Source: Terriglobia bacterium
GTDB lineage: Bacteria; Acidobacteriota; Polarisedimenticolia; Polarisedimenticolales; JAIQFR01
Assembly (NCBI GenBank): GCA_963748015.1
Contig: CAVVHE010000006.1
Span: 64,001 to 128,000, forward strand
Reading direction: 5' to 3'
Length of the DNA stretch: 64,000 nucleotides
Shown here: positions 1 to 11,500 of the stretch, in pieces
Numbering within the stretch: position 1 is the stretch's first letter
Layout of the letters: each line of letters starts with the position of its first letter
Program-made: the position numbers and the translations under genes
The notes under the pieces: model-generated
The model's database searches: none
Told to the model about the DNA's origin: nothing
Seen by the model: only the letters and a program-made list of their open reading frames with translations

Positions 1-901
1 GTACGTCGTCCGCGAGCCCCTGCGCGGTGGGGTAACGCCGGTCGGGCTCCTTCTCGAGCGCCTTGAGCGCGATGGTCGCCAGGTCCGCATCGACACGTCG
101 CGAGCCCGGCCCGCTCCTCGAGATCGCCCTCGGCGTTCCCTCCAGGACACGGCGGGGCACGTCGAAGGCCGGGGCGTCCTCGAGGCCGAGCGGGTGCCGC
201 TCCGTCAAGAGCTCGTAGAGGACGACGCCGAGCGCGTAGACGTCCGCGCGGACGTCCACCGTCTCGGGGTTCCCCGAGAGCTGCTCGGGGCTCATGTAGG
301 CGAGCGTTCCCCGGACGGTCCCGAGCTCGGTCGCAAACGTCCCGGCCGGCAAGTCGCTGTCGGTGATCCGAGCGAGGCCGAAGTCGAGCACCTTCACGAG
401 GGGTGCGCCCGACGCGCCCCCCGCCGCGTCCAGCAGGACGATGTTCGATGGCTTGAGGTCCCGGTGCAGGACGCCCCGCTGGTGCGCGTACGCGACGGCG
501 TCGCAGATCTGCAGGAAGGCCTCGAGCCGGACTCGCGTCTCGCCCTCGCCCGCGAGCCCCCTTCGGCGCCGCAGCCACACGTCGAGCGGTTCGCCGCGAA
601 CGAGCTCCATCGCGAAGTAGGGCAGCCCGTCGGGCGTCGCTCCGGATGCGTAGAGCGTCGCGACGCCGGGGTGGTCGAGCCTCGCCAGCGCCCGGATCTC
701 CCTCCGGAACAGCGCCTGCGCGTCCGGGTCGGCGAACGAGCCGCCGTGCAGGACCTTGAGCGCCACGACGCGGCGCGGCTCGTCCTGCACCGCCTCGTAC
801 ACGACCCCCATGGCGCCGCGGCCCAGCTCCGCGCGCACCTCGAACGGGCCGACCCGGCTCGGGCGGGCCACGTCGTGATCCGAGAGTGGTGCTTCCATCA
901 T
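1..901 (-). CDS. Hanks-type Ser/Thr protein kinase, N-terminal part; runs off the window start
   Basis: Not in the ORF track; manual minus-strand translation from ATG at 901 gives MMEAPLSD...LGRGAMGVVY...VALKVL...HRDLKPSN...KVLDFGLA...GTLAYMSPEQ...DVYALG, in frame to the edge. Confidence 0.93.
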   Translation of the reverse strand, partial: MMEAPLSDHDVARPSRVGPFEVRAELGRGAMGVVYEAVQDEPRRVVALKVLHGGSFADPDAQALFRREIRALARLDHPGVATLYASGATPDGLPYFAMELVRGEPLDVWLRRRRGLAGEGETRVRLEAFLQICDAVAYAHQRGVLHRDLKPSNIVLLDAAGGASGAPLVKVLDFGLARITDSDLPAGTFATELGTVRGTLAYMSPEQLSGNPETVDVRADVYALGVVLYELLTERHPLGLEDAPAFDVPRRVLEGTPRAISRSGPGSRRVDADLATIALKALEKEPDRRYPTAQGLADDV

Positions 902-962
902 GCCGTCGCGTTGAAACCCTATATATACTGTCAGCCGGCTCCGCCGAGCCAGCCGCGACAGG

Positions 963-2558
963 GTGTTTTCCGCATTTTCCGGGCCGGAGGTGCACGCCGC
1001 CGTGGAGTCCGACAACCCCGTCCCGCTGGAGCTCGTCGAGGCCCTGAAGGCCGTTCTCGACGGGGCCTCCGATCCCGCTCGGGTGCTCCGGGCCCTTCTC
1101 GACGAGGCGGTCCGCCGCTCCGGCGCCGAGCGCGGGATCTTCGTGCAGGTGGGGGCCGGCGGCACGATGGACTACACCGTCCTGCATCGCTACTCGCCGG
1201 GCGAGGTCGCGGGGACGGCGGGGGAGTTCAGCCGGAGCCTCTTCGCCGAGGTGCTGCGCACGGGAAAGAGCATCGTGCTCGAGAACGCGCTTCGCTCTCA
1301 TGGCGGCGGCGCGGCGAGCTCCGTCCGCGCCATGCGCCTCGTGTCGGTCCTCTGCGTCCCGGTGCGGGCGGAGGGGCGCATCGCGGGGATCGTCCACCTC
1401 GAGCACGGCACGCCGGGGCGCTTCCGCGAGGCGGAGCGCCGCCTCGTCGAGTCCCTCGTCGGGGTGGGAGGTCCCCTGATCGAGACGCTCCTCGCGGGCC
1501 GCCGCACGCTCGAGGAGCGCGACCGCCTGCGCGAGGCGCGGGAGAAGGTCGAGGTCGAGGTCGCCGAGAGCCGCGGCGTCCTCGCGAGGGACTGGTCGTT
1601 CGGGAGGTTCGTCGGCCGCTCCCCGTCCGTTCGCGCGCTCGAGGAGCACGTCCGCAAGGCGGCCGCGGCTTCCTGGCCCGTACTCATCCTGGGAGAGACG
1701 GGGACGGGGAAGGGGATTGTCGCCCGCGTGCTCCACTACGCGAGTCCTCGCGCGTCGAAACCGTTCGTCACCGTGTTCTGTCCGAACCTCGAGCGCGGGC
1801 TCGTCGAGTCGGAGCTGTTCGGCCACCGGCGCGGCGCGTTCACCGGCGCCGATCACGACCGGGCGGGCAAGGTCCAGGCCGCGGAGGGCGGCACGCTCTT
1901 CCTGGACGAGGTGGGCGAGCTCCCCCTCGAGCTGCAGCCGCGTCTTCTCCGCCTACTGCAGGAGAAAACCTACGAGCGCCTCGGCGACCCCGAGGAGCGC
2001 GTCGCGGACGTGCGCGTCGTCGCGGCGACGAACCGCGATCTCCCCGAGGAGGTCGCGGCCGGGCGATTCCGGCGCGACCTCTACGAGCGCCTGAACTACC
2101 TCACCGTGACGATACCGCCGCTCCGCGAGCGGAGGAGCGACATCCCGCTCCTCCTTCGCGACGCGCTGGACCGGACCGGGTCGGGGCGGTGGATCGAGAT
2201 CGGCCGGGACGCGGAGCGGTGGATCGCCGGACTCGACCACGTCTGGCCGGGCAACGTCCGCCAGATCGAGCAACTCGCCGCCCGTCTTTCGCTCCAAGCG
2301 TTCGGCGCCCCGGCCTCGGCGGACGACCTCGCGAGGGTCCTCGACGCCGGGCCGGCGGTCGCGGAGCGCCGCGCGGCCGGCGAGGATCGAGACGACGGCC
2401 TGCCGGCGTCCCTCGAGCGCTACGAGCGCGAGTGGCTCGCCCGCGCCCTCGAGCGCCACGCGGGGTGCACCCGGCGGGAGCTGGCCGAGCGCCTCCGGAT
2501 CAGCGAGCCGACCCTCTACAAGAAGCTCAAGCAGTACGGCCTCGGCGGCCGGAACTGA
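963..2558 (+). CDS. Sigma54-dependent enhancer-binding protein (GAF + AAA+ + Fis-type HTH); true start may be GTG ~1002
   Basis: Walker A GETGTGK, ESELFGHRRGAFTGA, Walker B LFLDE, FRRDLYERLN, WPGNVRQ, C-terminal ISEPTLYKKL HTH; N-terminal GAF-like SVLCVPV segment. Confidence 0.95.
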   Translation: MFSAFSGPEVHAAVESDNPVPLELVEALKAVLDGASDPARVLRALLDEAVRRSGAERGIFVQVGAGGTMDYTVLHRYSPGEVAGTAGEFSRSLFAEVLRTGKSIVLENALRSHGGGAASSVRAMRLVSVLCVPVRAEGRIAGIVHLEHGTPGRFREAERRLVESLVGVGGPLIETLLAGRRTLEERDRLREAREKVEVEVAESRGVLARDWSFGRFVGRSPSVRALEEHVRKAAAASWPVLILGETGTGKGIVARVLHYASPRASKPFVTVFCPNLERGLVESELFGHRRGAFTGADHDRAGKVQAAEGGTLFLDEVGELPLELQPRLLRLLQEKTYERLGDPEERVADVRVVAATNRDLPEEVAAGRFRRDLYERLNYLTVTIPPLRERRSDIPLLLRDALDRTGSGRWIEIGRDAERWIAGLDHVWPGNVRQIEQLAARLSLQAFGAPASADDLARVLDAGPAVAERRAAGEDRDDGLPASLERYEREWLARALERHAGCTRRELAERLRISEPTLYKKLKQYGLGGRN

Positions 2559-2559
2559 A

Positions 2560-5500
2560 TCACGGGCACGCTCCCGACGCGGGTGTCCGCTCCGCGCCGC
2601 CCGACGTCTGCCCGTACGAGCACGTCGTGGTCCCGTTGCAGAACTTGTACAGGTAGAAAAGGACCTGTCCCGGCGCCGGCACCGTGACGTCCGGGTTGAA
2701 CGAGAACGTGTAGTTCGACTTGAAGTTGGAAAGGCAGGCCACCGGTCCCAGGTTGCCGGGAGCCCCGGTGCCCAGGTTGACGCGGTCCCCGCGGATGACG
2801 TCGTCCAGGATCGTCGAGAAGTCGTCCGGTGCCTCGGGGGCCGAGTTGTGCGTCCGGCCCTCGTCGATCACCCGCACGAAGTCGACGCCCTCGAAGCGGC
2901 AGGCGCCCGCGAGCATGAGCCCGCTCGCGCGGAACTCCACCGAATCGCCCACGGGCGCGACGCTCTGCACCTGCTGGCGGTCCCAACGCACGCGTAGCTT
3001 CGACCCGGTCACCTGCCGGTCGAACTCGGGAATCGGGACCCCTCCCGCGACCGAGAGATAGATCGGGGCGGCCGGATCGATGTTGCCCAGCGAGTAGCCG
3101 GAGCGCATCGTCAGGTCCGCCATGACGTAGTTGCCTTTCGATTCGATGTTCAGGGTCCTCGGCTCGAACCGGACGGTGCCCAGCAGCGGCTCGCACGCGT
3201 CGCCGCAGGTCCCGCCCGACGAGTCGAGCTGGTCGGGGTTGGCGTCGTACGGGCAGTTGTCGCAGGCGTCGCCGATGCCGTCGTGATCGGCGTCGGCCTG
3301 CGAGGGGTTCGCTACCGTTGGGCAGTTGTCGACCAGGCAGGTCGAGGCCGGATAGCCCGGATCCGCGAAGCCGTCTCCGTCGGTGTCGGTGCACGGGTCG
3401 CAGGCGTCGCCGATGCCGTCGTGGTCCGCGTCGGCCTGTCCGGGGTTGGGAACCGTCGGGCAGTTGTCCGCCGGCGTGCATTCCGCGCCCTGATTGGGAT
3501 CCGGGATGCTGTCGCCGTCGCTGTCGAGGCACACCTCGCACGCGTCGCCGATCCCGTTCCCGTTGGAGTCGGCCTGCGACGGGTTCGGGACGGTCGGGCA
3601 GTTGTCGCAGACGTCGCCCACGCCGTCGGTGTCCACGTCCTCCTGGCCGGGGTTGGTGTCGTCGGGGCAGTTGTCCTTCACGTCCGGGATCCCGTCGTGA
3701 TCGCGGTCGTGCACGAATGGCACCCAGGTGCAGTCGAACGGGATGCGGATGCGCACGCGCTTGTGGCCGGGGCGGTACGGGTCGTCGGTCGGCACCGGCG
3801 GGTCCGGCCCCGGTATCGGATAGAAGACCCAAGTCGTCCCGTCCCAGTAGTAGATGTCGATCGGTACGGTGGGATCGCCTCCACCGCCCGGCCCATCCCA
3901 GATCGGGATGTCGAGCGTCGTTCCGGGCGGGAAGTTGTAGGGCGCGAAGGCCGGCCCCGTGTCGACCCCGCCGATCGGGGTCATGCCCGGCGGATACCCG
4001 CCCGGGCCGGGACCACCCGGAAGCCCTCCGGGTCCCGGAATGCCGTGGATGGTCGGGGCCGGCCGGCCGGGCGGCAGGCCGCCGGGCGGCACGGTGCACA
4101 CGCCGCCGTGGTCGGGGTCGATCTTCGTGCAGCCGTCGATGCACCCGGGGTCCGTCGGCGGCGGGGGGAATACGTGCGTCCCACCGGGGGGTTCGGGATC
4201 TCCCGGGCCGTGCGGCCCCGGATGGGGCCCGCCGACGAAGACATCGTGCCGATGATTGCCGTCGAAGTCTCCCTTGTCGCACCCGGACGTGCCGCACCGC
4301 CCGCCGGGGAGCCTGCACTTCTTCTTCCGGCCCGGCGCGTCGTGGCCGATGTGGCAGGTGCAGTAGCCGAGCCGGCAAGTTCCCGCCTCGAAGGTCTGCC
4401 CGTCGATGATCCAGACGCCGCCGGCGTCGCTGATCCCATCGGGATCGGCGCCCGGCGCCCCGACCATGATGTCGTCGAGGCCGTCGCCGTTGTAGTCGCC
4501 GATCGACGCGACGAACCAGCCGTACTGGTCGCCGGCCGCCTCGCCTTCCCATACCGTGCCGGCGAGGTGCCCCGGAATCGAGCAGTCGCCGATGTCGGTG
4601 TCGTAGTAGACGCCCCAGTTGATGGTGTCCGAGGCCTGATAGACGCGTCCCGCGTCCACCATGCCGAGCGGGTCGCCCATCGGCGCCCCGATCAGGAGAT
4701 CGGGAATGCCGTCGGCCTGGTTGTCGCCTCCCGCGGAGACCGAGAAGCCGAACCACCCGCCCGGCTCGGAGCCGCGGAACAGCGTTCCCGCGACGGAGAA
4801 CCCGATCGCCGACGCCTCGACCCGTCCGGACGTGAGCGCGCCGCCGTGAACCACGTAGAGCGCTCCCGCGTCCTGCGCCGGCGGCCCTTCCTCCTGGGGC
4901 GGGTCGGCGTAGGGAGCGCCGATGGCCAGGTCCTCGCCGACCGAGCCGACGACGTCGCCGGGGAAGGCCACGGCCGAGCCGAAGCCGTCGTCCTGCGCCT
5001 CGCCCGAGTAGACGATTCCCGGGAGCTGGTCGCCGAGCCCGTCGGCCACGCGGCCGAGCGAGATCGTCGCCTCCGCGATCGCGGAGTTGCCGAAGACGAG
5101 ATAGGCGCGCCCCGCGTGGGAGCCCCCGGAAGGGCTCGCGCCCGGAGCGCCGATCAGGAGATCGTTCCGCGGGGTCGAGCTCATGTGGCCGCCGCAGGCG
5201 ACGGCGAAGCCGGCCCGGTCGCCGAGGCTCTCGCCCTCGAAGGCGACGCCGCTGACGCCGCCCGGCAGCCCGGGCTGCCCCACCTTCGCGAGGTCGACCG
5301 TGTCGATCACGGCGTCGTTCGCCAGGTTCGGGTACTCGGACGGATTGAAGAAGATCACGTACACCTTCCCCTTGCCGGTCGGAAGGCCGGTGCCGCTATC
5401 GAGCTGCTCGGCGCCGATCACGATGTCCTGCCTGCCGTCGCCGTTGAAGTCGCACCCGCCGGAGACCGAAACCCCCGTGCGGTCCCACGCCGAAGACCCC

Positions 5501-8500
5501 TTCGAACACGATGTCCGGCGTGTTCCGCTCGGCCTCGACCGTGCTGCCGAGATAGACGATCGCGGCGCCGGCCTCCGTGTAACCGTGCGCTTGGTACCCC
5601 GGCGCGCCGGAGACGAGGTCGTCGATGCCGTCGCCGTTGAGGTCGCCCGCCATCGCGACCGCCGAGCCCGCGCGGGCCGAGGCGGAGGCGGGGGGATTGT
5701 CGAGCGGCGGGGGGACGTCCTCGTCGCCGTTCTCGGTGACGCCGGTCGCGAACCGGCTCGTGAACGCGGGGACGGCCGTGCCGTGAAGGTCCGCGACGCC
5801 GTCCACCTGCACCGTGTAGATGGTGTTGCCGAACGGAGCGCCGCGACCGGGTCGAGCGTCGCGATCGTGCCGGCGCGGCCGACGCGCACGTCCGCCGGGA
5901 CGGGAGCGCCAGTGCCGTCGAGCAGCCGGAACGTCGAGGAGCGTCACGGTCGCGGGATCCACGACCCCCGTGAACGTCAGGTTCACGCTCGCCGACCAGG
6001 GCACGTCGGCCTGATCGTCGTACGGGCGAATCGAGGCGACCGTCGGCGGCGCCGGGGTGAACGGGGCGGTTCGGTACGGCGCGAAGTCGACCCCCGTGCT
6101 GACCTGCGAGCCCGATCCCGCGCCGACGTCCGACGGCCCGTCCGTCGCCCCCCACCAGTTGTAGGTGGCGTTGACGATCGTCGCGGGGGTGTCGTTCAGC
6201 GCCCCCCAGGACGTCCCGATCAGCTCGCTGTCGTGGATCTCGGGAGCGGCGCCGTACGCGTAGAGCGCGGTCGCGCACTGGTTGACCCGGACGCCGGTCA
6301 TCGGCGTCGCGGTCGAGCCGTTGTAGAACCAGAGGGCGTTCTGGCAGCGGTTGACGTCGATGTCGGTGCCCGCGCTGAGCTGGCCGTTGACGCTGACCGC
6401 CGTCGTCACGTCCTCGATCTTCACGTGACGCAGCGTGGCGCGGCCGGTGGTCTCGACGCAGAGCCCCTGCCAGCGCGAGGCCGCGGCGGGAGCCTTCTCG
6501 AACAGGATGGGGTCGGGCACGCCGCTGCCCGTACCGTCGGCGACCAGCTCGCCTGGGGCGCCCGCGGCGCCTCCCGCGCACAGGCCCGAGGCGGCCGGGA
6601 ACTCCAGGCGCACGCCCGGCTCGATGCGCAGCGTCGAGCGGCCGTCCGCTCCCGCGGTGCCCTGCACGCGCCCACCCGAGAGGAACCGGAGAGTGCCCGC
6701 CGAGTTGCGCCACGTCGCGTCGGTTGCGAGGGTGCCGCCGATCACCTCCACGACGGGAGGGGTCACGGCGGGAACGAAGCCGTTGCCCGACGAAAGCGAC
6801 TCGACCGTGCTCATCGGCACCCGCGACGTCCTCTGACCCCAGTTCGTGAAGGTATTGCCGGTGAGGGTCGCGACGGGGGTCTCGGAGTTGAAGAAGACGC
6901 TCTCGATCGACGGGTTGTTGCGCACGTAGGTCGTTCCGCCCTGCAGGAGGATGTCGTGCGAGGCGTTCGTGTCGATGCGGGAGTTCTGGATCGTCACGGC
7001 GCCCGAGTCCACGCGCACGCCGTAGTGGGCCGACTGGCGGATCGTGACGTCGTCGAGGAGGATCGATGCCGACGTCGCGGGGCCCGCGAAAATGCCGCCG
7101 TAGGCGCTCGTCCCGCGGCCGGCCCAGAAGACCTCCGCCTTGCGGATCGTGGAGGACCTCGCCAGGGGATAGAACCCGATCCCGTACCAGTCGCCGCGGG
7201 CCGGCGTGGCCGCGCCGCTCGTGAACCGGATCGTGGCCGGGGCGCCCGGACCCGCCGTTCCGTCGGCCACCAGCGCGCCCTTGGCGCTGTTGCCGAAGTA
7301 GAGCTGCGTCGCGAGGTCGAACCGGAGCTCGAGGCCGGGGTCGAGGGTCAGGGTGGTGACGGCGTCGGCGCCGTCGGTCCCCGCGACCTCGATCGATCCC
7401 TTGATCGCGTAGACCCCGCCCAGCTCCGCGGTCCAGTTCGCGTCGCGCGCGACCGTGCCGGCGATCACTTCGGTGACCGCGCCCGGGGCCGCGGTGACCG
7501 CGTTGCTCGCGGCCATCTCGCCGACGACGTCCGGCTCGAGCCGGGGGAACTTCGGCCCCGCGCCCCAGTTCGTCACGGTGTTCCCGCTCCAGCTGACGTT
7601 CGGATCGGTCGCGGCGTAGAACACGCTCTGGAACGACGAGCCGGTGACCGCGCCCACGCCCGCCGAGAGGTAGAGGTCCTGCTCGGTGTTGCCGGAGAGG
7701 GTCGCGTTCTCGAGGTTGAACGTCCCGCCCGCCCAGTCGGCGCCGTAGCGGTTCGCGGTCAGCGTGACGCCGCTCGCGTTGACGGTCCCCCCCTCGACGC
7801 GCAATCCGTCGAGCGCGGAGGCGTTTGCCGAGCCGCCGGCGATCGTGACGCTCCCCGAGAACACGCGGAAGCCGTAATTCTTCGACCCCTCGACGTTCAC
7901 GTTGGTCAGGGTCACGGCCTGCAGGGCGCTGTTGTTGACCGAGACCGCGGTCGCGTTTGCCCCGGCCCGTCCGGAGTACCGCAACCTCGCGTTGTTGACC
8001 GAGGACGCGCGCGCGCCGGCGTAGAAGTAGAGGCCGTACCAGTCCCCGGCGGCGGGGGAGGCCGCGTTCGACGTCATGAGGATCTCCCCCGAGGCGCCGT
8101 TCGCGACGAGGGCGCCGACCGCGGACGACCCCACGTACAGGTAGGTCGCGGGATCGAAGCGGAGCTCGGTCGAGGGGGCGATCGTGAGCGTGGCCACGCC
8201 GCCCGCGCCGGCGGTCCCGGCTACCTCGACGCTTCCCGTGACGCCGAGCTTCCCCAGCGTCGGCCGCCAGGTGGTGTCCTTGCCGACGATTCCCCCGGCG
8301 ATCTCGGTGAACGGGTCGGCGATGGCGGAGATCGTGTTGCTCGACGTGTCGGAGAGCGAGCCGACGTCGTTGGGCGACAGGCGCGAGACCTTGGCGCCCC
8401 AATTGGTCACGGTGTTCCCGGTCCACGTGAACGAAGGCGAGCCGTCGCTGTAGTAGATGCTCTCGAACGACGACCCGGTGATCGAGCCGCCGCCGCCGGA

Positions 8501-11500
8501 GAACCAGAAGTCGTACCCGGAGGCGTGCGGCTTCACGGTGCTCGAGGCGACGTTCAGCGTCCCCGCCGTCGCGCTGATGCCGTTATGGCCGTTGTCGTGG
8601 ACGTTGGCGCCCGTGACGCTCGCCGTTCCTCCCGCGACCCGGAGGCCGTCGAGGGTGTTGTTGGCCAGCTCGACGGTCGAGATCGCGGTGGACCCGCCGC
8701 AGTTCTGGATGCCGTAGGCTGCGGAGTCGAAGACGCCCGTCTGGTCGATCGTGACGGTCTGACCGGCGCCGATGCAGACGGAGATCCCGCCGGGGTTGGT
8801 CGTGGATTTCCCGGCCCAGCGGACCTCGGCCCTGCGGATCGTCGAGCTGCGCGCGCTGCCGAAGAAGAAGAGCCCGTACCACTTCCCGCGCGCGGGACTC
8901 GGGTCCGACGTCGTGAAGAGGATCGTGGACGGGGCGTTCGGCCCGACGGCGCCGTCGGCGACGATCGCGCCGGGCGCGCTGTACCCCGCGTACAGGTAGG
9001 TCGACGCGGCGAAGCGCACGACCGACCCCGGATCGATGGTCAGGACGGGCACGGATGCGCCGGCCACCTCGACAGTCCCGGTCACATCGATCGTGCCCAC
9101 CGTCGTCTTCCAGGTCTGCGTGGACGCCACCGTCCCGGCGATCACGTTGACCGACGGCGAGGCCGCCGTGTTCACGAAGGTCGAGCTCGAGATCGGACCG
9201 AGCGCGTTCGGGTCCACGCTGGAAATCCGCGTGCCCCAGCCGTCGAAGGTGTTCCCCGACCACGTGACGGTCGGGTTCGAGTCCGGGTAGGTCACGCTGG
9301 TCAGCGTGCACCCCGAGATCGTCCCCGACGTCGCGCCGGAGAGCGACACGTCGTGCGTCGTGTTCCCGCTGAGCGTCGAGCCCGAGAGCGTCAGCGCGCC
9401 TCCGGTCGCGAGGACGCCGTAGCCGCTGCTGGAGATGGACGACGACGAGATCGAAAGCGAGCCGCCGGCCAGGTAGACGCCGCGCGCGATCGCCCCCTGG
9501 ATGGTCAGGTTCGTCGCCGAGACGGTTCCCGCCGCCACGGCCAGCGCGTTCTTCTCCGAATCCACGACCTGCACGTCGTTCAGGGTGATCGCCTGCGCGG
9601 CGGCCGCCGTGGCGTAGATCACGCCGTAACCGGTGTGAACGCTGTAGCCCCCGTGCTGGACCACCACCTTGCGCAGCGTGGACGCCCGCGCGGAGCCGTA
9701 GAACCAGATCCCGTACCAGCCGTTCCGCGCTCCCGTGGACGAGGTGAACGTGATGGCGGCCGGGGCGCCCGGTCCGACCGTCCCGTCGGCGACGATCGAG
9801 CCGGCGGCCGTGCTCCCCGCGTACAGGTAGGTCGAGGGAGCGAACTGGACCACCGAGCCGGGATCGATCGTCAGCACCGGCGCGGACGCGCCGGCCACCT
9901 CGACGGACCCGGTGACGTTGACCGTGCCCACGGACGTCTTCCACGTCTGCGTGTTCGCCACCGCCCCGGCGATCACGTTGACCGACGGCGAGGCGGCCGT
10001 GTTCACGAAGGTCGAGCTCGAGATCGGGCCGAGCGCGTTCGGGTCCACGCTCGAAACCCGCGTTCCCCAGCCGTCGAACGTATTTCCCGACCAGGTCAGG
10101 GTGGGGGAGGAGTCCGGGTAGGTCACGCTGGTCAGCGTGCAACCCGAGATCGAGCCCGACGTCGCGCCGGAGAGGGACACGTCGTGCGTCGTGTTCCCGC
10201 TGAGCGTCGAGCCCGACAGCGTCAGCGTTCCGCCCGCGGTGAGGACGCCGTAGCCGCTCGTGGAGATGGACGCCGACGACATCGAGAGCGATCCGCCGGC
10301 CAGGTAGACGCCGCGCGCGAGCGCCCCCTGGATGCTCACGTTCGTCGCGGAGACGGTTCCCGCCGCCACGGTCAGCCCGTTCTTCTCCGAATCCACTATC
10401 TGCACGTCGTTCAGGGTGATCGCCTGCGCGACGGCCGCCGCGGCGTAGATCGCGCCGTAGCCGGTGTGGGAGACGTAGCCCCCGTGCTGGACCACGACCT
10501 TGCGCAGCGTGGACGCGCGCGCGGAAGCGTAGAACCAGATCCCGTACCAGCCGTTGCGCGCTCCCGTGGACGACGTGAACGTGATCGCGGCCGGGGCGCC
10601 CGGCCCCACCGTCCCGTCGGCGACGATCGCGCCGGCGGCCGTGCTCCCCGCGTAAAGGTACCTCTGTGCGGCGAACCGGACGACCGCGCCGGGGTCGATG
10701 GTCAGGACCGGCGCGGTCGCGCCGGCGACCTCGACGTTGCCGGTCACGTTGATCGTGCCGACGGTCGTCTTCCAGGTCTGCGTCGCCGCCACCGTCCCGG
10801 CGATCACGTTGACCGACGGGGACGCGGCCGTGTTCACGAAGTTCGACGCCGAAATCGCGCCGAGCGCGTTCGGATCGACGTCGGAGACGCGGGTGGCCCA
10901 GCCGTCGAAGGTGTTCCCCGACCAGGTCAGGGTGGGGGAGGAGTCCGGGTAGGTCACGCTGGTCAGCGTGCACCCCGAGATCGTCCCCGACGTCGCGCCG
11001 GAGAGCGACACGTCGTGCGTCGTGTTCCCGCTGAGCGTCGAGCCCGACAGCGTCAGCGTTCCGCCCGCCGTGAGGACGCCGTAGCCGCTCGTGGAGATGG
11101 ACGACGACGACATCGAGAGCGAGCCGCCGGCCAGGTAGACGCCGCGAGCGATGGCCCCCTGGATGTTCACGTTCGTCGCGGAGACGGTTCCCGCCGCCAC
11201 GGCCAGCCCGTTCTTCTCCGAGTCCACGATCTGCACGTCGTCGAGCGTGATCGTCTGCGCGGTGGGTCCCGCAGCGTAGATCACGCCGTAGCCGGTGTGG
11301 GAGGCGTAGCCCCCGTGCTGGACCACGACCCTACGCAGCGTGGACGCGCGCGCCGAGGCGTAGAACCAGATCCCGTACCAGCCGTTGCGCGTCCCCGTGG
11401 ACGAGGTGAACGTGATAGCCGCCGGGGCTCCCGGCCCCACCGTCCCGTCCGCGACGATCGCGCCCGGGCCCGTGTTTCCCGCGAAGAGGTAGTTCGAAGC

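Noticed and set aside
919..934. CTATATATACTGTCAG as an SOS/LexA box
   Set aside because: Lacks the left CTG; better explained as the AT-rich core of divergent promoters
194..2656. 820-aa plus-strand ORF
   Set aside because: Antisense to the kinase, then out of frame over the sigma54 activator
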